A DNA stretch of 64,000 nt from Balanoglossus misakiensis (taxonomy: Eukaryota; Animalia; Hemichordata), in assembly GCA_040954595.2 (NCBI GenBank), contig CM082577.2:6721846-6785845 (forward strand). The letters are read 5' to 3'. How positions within the stretch are numbered: the first letter of the stretch is position 1; every line of letters begins with the position of its first letter. Below the pieces are notes generated by a model that worked only from the letters and a program-made list of their open reading frames with translations, was not told where the DNA came from and ran no database searches. Made by a program: the position numbers and the translations under genes. Positions 57,549 through 64,000 of this stretch are shown one piece after another.

Positions 57549-60500
57549 GTGAGTACGTAATTTTTTGTTTGCCGTTTCAGTCTCTGTTGCGGTGTTTTGA
57601 CCTTGCCCGTTCTTTCTATGCCACTGTGCGAACATTAGGATATTGACCTCTTTCTGTGTGTGTGTATGTATGTATGTATGAAAGAGGGATGCAATGCGTT
57701 CAAGTTGTGCGACACAGATTCTTGTTTGCGAGTGTGGTGGCGTGAAACACTTCTGTTGATCGCAGTGATAGCCATGCACCCATCAAAAATGCTACCTGTT
57801 TGCGCAAGGAACCTTTGGACATGATGGGCACTTCTTACAGTCGTGTGTCATCAAAATCGTATACCTCTAAATTAGTAAATTACTTTGGGTAATGGGTTAC
57901 CTTTGCTAGTTTTCTTAATTTATTTTGTATAACATGCAGCCAGAAACTTAAAAGAGGTTTACAGTTATTTTGAAGTTGAAGGATGAACACCATCAATTTA
58001 TGACAATGCCTCATGGTTTAATGACCTTCAGTTTTCAAAAGAGGGCATTGTTCTTGCTTTTGCTGGTGTCCTCCCCCCCTCCATTGCATGGATTTTTGGT
58101 ACAGTCCAGTGAGATGCATTGTTCCCTGGGGATATTTGTGCCAACATAGTATATGTACAGGGATGTGTAATGTGAAGTGTTTCCATGATCCTGTCAGTAT
58201 TTTCCTGAATTTATTCCAGATCAGTTTATATCAAACTACAGGTCAGACTATTTTCAGGACACAAAGCTAAATTGGATTGATCTAGATGTACAGTTTCTTC
58301 ATTTGAATGATTCAAGAGCGATGTAATCTTTACCAGGTGGTGTATGTTAGGATATTAATAATTTAAATATGATTTTACCAAGTATCGACTTGCAGGCCTG
58401 CTTGCTTCAGCTGCTTCTGTTGTGTAGTGGTGTAGTGGAACCATTTCTTAGCTTATTTTAGCATTTTGAATTTCACTTACAGTGGCACAAATACGGTTAA
58501 ACAGGCAGTGGTATTGTTGTTTTATATATATGTGTGTGAATTCTGAGGTATTGTGATTAGTGTTTACTTTGTGTGCACCTACCGGTATGGTAAGAGGGGA
58601 GGGAGAGTGTGAGTGAGTGAGTGAGTGAGTGAGTTCAGTGAGTCAGAAAGTAGTCTTCAATTACTATGGATGTATGTACTTAGACTAAATTGAATCTTGC
58701 TATTGCATTTCTTTCAATATCAAAAACAAAAACAACACATCATTTAAACTGAAACGTGATCTCATGTTTTGAAATGATTTCCCATCAGGCAGTCATCAAT
58801 CAAAGCGGTCATTCCAAATTTATTCCTGCCCCCTCCCTCTGTTGTAACCCACTCACCCCAATAATGTATTGGAATGACCCTGACATTTTTAACATTTGCC
58901 CGATCATCCCATGTAGAGTTATGTAGGCAATAGGCATTAAACAATTTAATGCCTAGTGCAATTACAAGTGCTGTATTTTATCATCCGATTTCATGACGGA
59001 ATCCATATTTCCAATGGAAATTATGTGCTGTCAAATATTTGCATTGTTCGGAGTGAAATTGTGGTACCTACTGAAGAGGCCAGGTGCTGTGTTGAACTGA
59101 ATTCAGCTGCATTGACAGATTTTTCTTGCAGAATTTATTGCCTAATTGTATTTATGTATAAGTGTCGGAGTCACTTGTATTTACTTATTCAATATCCTTT
59201 GGATGCATTATATGTGCGTTTGTATCCAATACATCTTATTAACCCATTATAGATGATCATTCATCACTGTGTCTGACGGCATCTGTCGTAATGGTTTTAT
59301 TCACTCCTTCATTATGTCCTAACTTTAATCAATATTTTTTTCTTTGCCGATATTCCCCTTTTGTTGAGTGTCGTGATCTGTTAATTGTGTGAACATTGTC
59401 TTTTGGGGGGTGGGGGCATTAATGGTCGTGTGTGCGATAACTGTGAAATAAAAGTCTGGTCTGTGCCAGTTCCGTGTTTGCAAGCTAGCTATGTTGACTT
59501 TGTGGTGGCATGATACTGTTTTTTTAATTGTACACACTTGAACTCAGGAAGTAATTTGGATATATGAAAACATTTGGGGGCAGGGTCATATGTCTGCGGT
59601 CTTGCTGGTTGGATTCTCACCATACAGGTACCTTTCAAAACAGGTCACTATGGAGCAGTAAGTTAACATATCATAATGAGGAAGTATAATTCAAAATACC
59701 ATGGTCTCACTCAGTTTATTACTGATAGCCTTGTAATTGTTAAATTTCACCTTCTGGTTTAAATAAATATCATTGTGTTAAGGAAGAAAAATGACCAAAC
59801 AATGGTAAATGGTTTTCAATATTTTCTGCCTAAATTATACTTACGGTAAAAAAGTTGTTGCACTCTCATTTCAAAGAAGTACACTGCGACATTGAGTTGA
59901 CCCTTGGTATACTAATATTACCATACCGACTAACGTCATCTGAATACATTATTTGATATCATCCTCCAAGTGTGTAATATTAGAAAGGGCAGGGGTTTCT
60001 GATATGCTCTTATTAGTAATAGTGGACAAATTGATATCATCCAAAATGCATGTTAGTTTACAAGACAGGTTTATTTTTCTGACAGGGGATGGAGGGAGTA
60101 TTTGAAGGGGCTGGTTAGAAGAGATTTCATCGTCCTTTTAGTCGTCACATTGCTTGAAGTATTAATGTCATAGCCACCTCACCTCCAACTGTAAAGCCGT
60201 GGCTCTCAACTCGTAATAATGTCACAAACACGTGATCAAGGGAAATCTCCCACTTAAATTTTAACTCTAAAATAGCTACAGACTGGCTTCTGCATGATAT
60301 CAGTAAAACCCGGCACATTGCTTGCACATCTGTCAGAGGCAAATCCACTTCAGTAGCAGAACTCCACTTTCGCTGAATTGATATTAATTTGTTATCGTCT
60401 ATGAAATACCTTGATATTGTGGACAGTTGGGTGCTGCTGTTTCAAGTGTCTTACTCTTATCACATCAGTGTTTGATTGTGTTGAATGCATATTGGCAATC

Positions 60501-63500
60501 TCATAAATGGAACTGTGATAATTAGAAATATTACTTGTAAGAAGCACTGTAGTCACTCAGTCACTGATGAAGTAGTAGACATGCGTTTTAATGAGTTTTG
60601 TAGTCAGATAGGATCAGATTTGAGACAGTGTAGTACTTCGTCAGGTCATTGAGATTTTGATTGGCTGTGTTCAAATCATAGCCAATGAATCTAAGTGCAC
60701 ATTTTATAATATTAATTTCTGTAATTTGTCATGTTCGAGATGTTGTTGATTTCATCGTCTAGTAATTTCCTCGAAATATACCTGCTGACCACCTTGAATT
60801 GAAATATGTGCAAGGAAAAAGAGTTGCTGGTTCTCAAAATTTGTTAAAAAATAAAGTGTACAGACAAAGGAGAAAAGAAATCTGACCAACATTTCACTCT
60901 GCCAGCTGTCGCCAGCAACAGGCAGTTACCTTTCCACTATTTGCTTTCTGTTTCTCTACATGAGAGGCTCTGTGACACATGTCCTCATGCAGATTTGCTA
61001 TATTTACAAATAAACATGAGAATGAAACATGGTTAACTTCTTATTTCAGCTCGGTTCATTCAGGATTAGGTGGATATTGAAATTTGTGATCAGCGGTTAA
61101 AACTGATTCACGGTAAATAAGAAGGTGACAGAAATATGGTTTCGGCTCTTGACTGACAAGTTGTTGCTAATGATAGCAATCTCTCCCAGGCAGACTGCTA
61201 TGTTTACATAATGTGAAATGTGTAACATGTTGCTATATTTACATTGCATTTTGACTATAAAGCTGTCTGGAGTTTGACCTAAACTACTCTCTTTGTGTCT
61301 GCTGGAAGGTGGTCGTTTCACAAATTAAATTCACTGGTTGCCATCCACGGTGTTATGGTAATAAAAAGAATTCAGGCATCATGAAATAATAAAGAACACA
61401 GCCATAAAATGATGCAGGTATCCATGGAAACTACAAGTGATTAAAGTCATGCCTCAGTTTATGTGATAATTGGTGGAGTTTCAATCACGTTGTATATTGT
61501 TACTTTTGTGGAAATTGCCAACAGCACTTTGGAGGTCTCAGTTTAAATCATCGAAGGGGTTTCTTTATATGTAAAATGTAGATTTATGTGAAGTTGGATG
61601 ATTTATAGAGTGGTTTCATTAAAACTATTCAGAAAGTGTTTCTTGTAATTAGTTTTGGATGCATGGACAGCAAACAGACTTACAGTTGGAATTGTCAATG
61701 GGTAAGGCACACCTATCCAGGCTGGTTTCAGTGTGGTTGACTTGTGTTGGCGGTAAAGTTTTATTTTCAGCTATTTACTCATACTTATTCTAGTATGTTG
61801 ATGAGGTCGTTGGTTTCGCTTTTGAAATGCCTTAAAGCAGGAAAGCGGTTTTGGCCAACCAAATAAAAGAATGTTGACTAGAAGATTCTTCTTAAAAAAA
61901 CTGAAGAAAATGGTTTTGTATAGGTTGCTGCTGGTGTTTTCTGATAAAGGACGTTGTTGTCAGTGGCAAGATATAATATTGTGTCAGGGATGTTTCAACA
62001 CCTGCGGTGAAAATGGAACGGCTGGTGTTTCTGAAAGCTAGTACAAGGAAACATATCAAAGATTTGCTTGTCATAAAATTATCAAATGTTGTGTTAGAGC
62101 AAAATAGCTTCAACTGCATTGCCAAAGCTGTGTGGCTATGTATTAGCAATACTAATTTGACCCCAAAAAATGATTTGGTTAAGGGGATTTTGTAACAGCT
62201 TTGTTCAGAACTTCATGCCAAATGTGTCACGCTCACATTAATATATTTGTATAGTGAAATGAATGATAAGTTCATTATCTGTACCTGAAAGTATACTGTG
62301 CATTTAAATGAAGGCAGATATTACAAATGGTCCCCTGAACAGCTATCAACATGACCTCTGCAAAGCGGCCAGCTTGTTATGCTGCTATTAATAGAATATG
62401 ATCAATTTATTCCTGCCCTGTTTTTAATGGATTGTATTTTTCCCCAGGCCACCTATGTTGGTGTGCCTGCATCACCATTACTGCACACGGTACGGATTGT
62501 GCACTTCCCTGGCAGATCCTTACCCCGTTCACTGGTGGCAGGGGCTCCCACAATGCCCTGCTGCCGACTAGGGTCGTTGCAAGGTCAGAGAGCAATGAGC
62601 TAAGCTATGAATATGAATTAGGTTCAACTCGTCTGCCATGTTACTTGTATCACGTAGTGGAGTTTTTAAGCAAAAGGCATTGGTCTTCCATTGACTGTTA
62701 CCAGTCGCATTACAAATGTCATTTACATTGGAAAGGTAAGTGTTTCAGTGTCGGCTGACAGTTGTGCGTCTGTCTGGGTGTTGGCAAAGGCGCGGAAAAA
62801 ATGGGGGTAGTGCATGAGTGAGCATGTTTCCTCTATAGAGCTCTGACCTAGATAAAATTAAGTATGGCGCACATTACAAGGGCCAGATGTTTATGTACGC
62901 GGGGACTTAAAATCATCATGAAAATGATCATTGTGTCTTCTTTCACTCTCACAAATTGTCTTGTAAAGCCGCACCTGAAGTAGTAAAAAAAATGTAAGGT
63001 TTTCAGATGTTGCCAACCCCTTTTAATTTGTGTTTTTCCAAGGCACCTAACATAAACCGGGCACCGATAGGTGTATATATTGTGATCAGTTACTAACCAC
63101 CATTTTGAATAGCTTATCTTAAATTTTCAAACGCCACACCTTTCTGAGGAGAGGAGACATCAAGAAAACGTTCACCAAGCCGTCTTGTCTGTTTTCAAAA
63201 CGCACTCCCGCATTTTAGAATTAACAGTAATCAGTTAAGTTCAGGTGTCAGTGGATTTCCGTGTGTAATTAATTCTGTGTGTGGCCCATGGCGGGAAGTT
63301 GACCTCAGATCACACACAACAGCAGAAAGCGGTGCGTAACCACAGACTAATCGTTCTCAAAATAGATCTGCGCATACAGGATATTGTTGTGTTCACACCT
63401 AGAAATTTATAAATTTGGCTGAACTGTTTTTATATCCAGTTTTCAAAGGTAGGGATGTTTTTTGGATTTATACGAAGACAGTTATATATTATAGAATTTT

Positions 63501-64000
63501 CCGTCAGTAGTGTGAGGTCAGATGTGTTTTCAGTGCTGCTGGGCAAAAAATAACAACATGATTGCTTTAATTGATAATGCGTTCAAATCAAAAGCTATGT
63601 TGATAAAATCTTGCGTGTTAAAATATTCTAAATACTTAAAATAGCAAGTTATTTTTCATCATTTTGGTTTAGCATATTGTGTAAAATCAATAGGCAAATG
63701 AAAATAATTTAATGTGTGTAATTTATACAATATTTGTTTGTCTACTGTAGTGTTATTTTATCAATGCAGAAGTGATCGCGTATATCTTATGACCTCATGA
63801 AAAAAACCAGTAAGCTTTATCCCTCGTCATATGAAACAGAACTTACGTGATCTCCTAGGACTCGTCCATATATTCTTTGTTAAGAATTAAAAAGAAAATA
63901 ATTTATCATGATTGTTCTGATCATATCTTATGATCCCACTGTATGTTATCTGATATAATTGTTTGAACCCATTATGACAATATAATGACACAAATCCATT

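Noticed and set aside
63270-63332. miR-2004-like sequence tcacacacaacagcagaaag
   Set aside because: Only the 5' half matches the mature sequence as I recall it, and there is no proper pre-miRNA stem.

Overview
AT-rich, intron-containing animal genomic DNA. It is probably a marine invertebrate deuterostome; the repeat style recalls a hemichordate, which is unverified. All exons were reconstructed by hand from GT-AG sites and reading phase. In order: the 3' half of SNX29 (+), with a Crypton-like hairpin element just after its stop codon; a head-to-head pair of secreted coiled-coil plus 'short-chain collagen C4/NC1-like' genes without collagen repeats, one carrying a kringle exon, separated by a dead duplicate of one first exon and promoter; a 19-finger C2H2 zinc-finger gene; GTPBP1 (+) tail-to-tail with EEF2KMT (-); RNPS1 (+), which shares a ~70 bp bidirectional promoter with EEF2KMT and has its ATG split by intron 1; and the 5' end of a large gene whose J-domain is encoded by three ~65-nt exons over 23.5 kb, with candidate internal promoters. 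Several small palindromic/MITE families are scattered throughout. I could support no tRNA, rRNA, miRNA or CRISPR feature.
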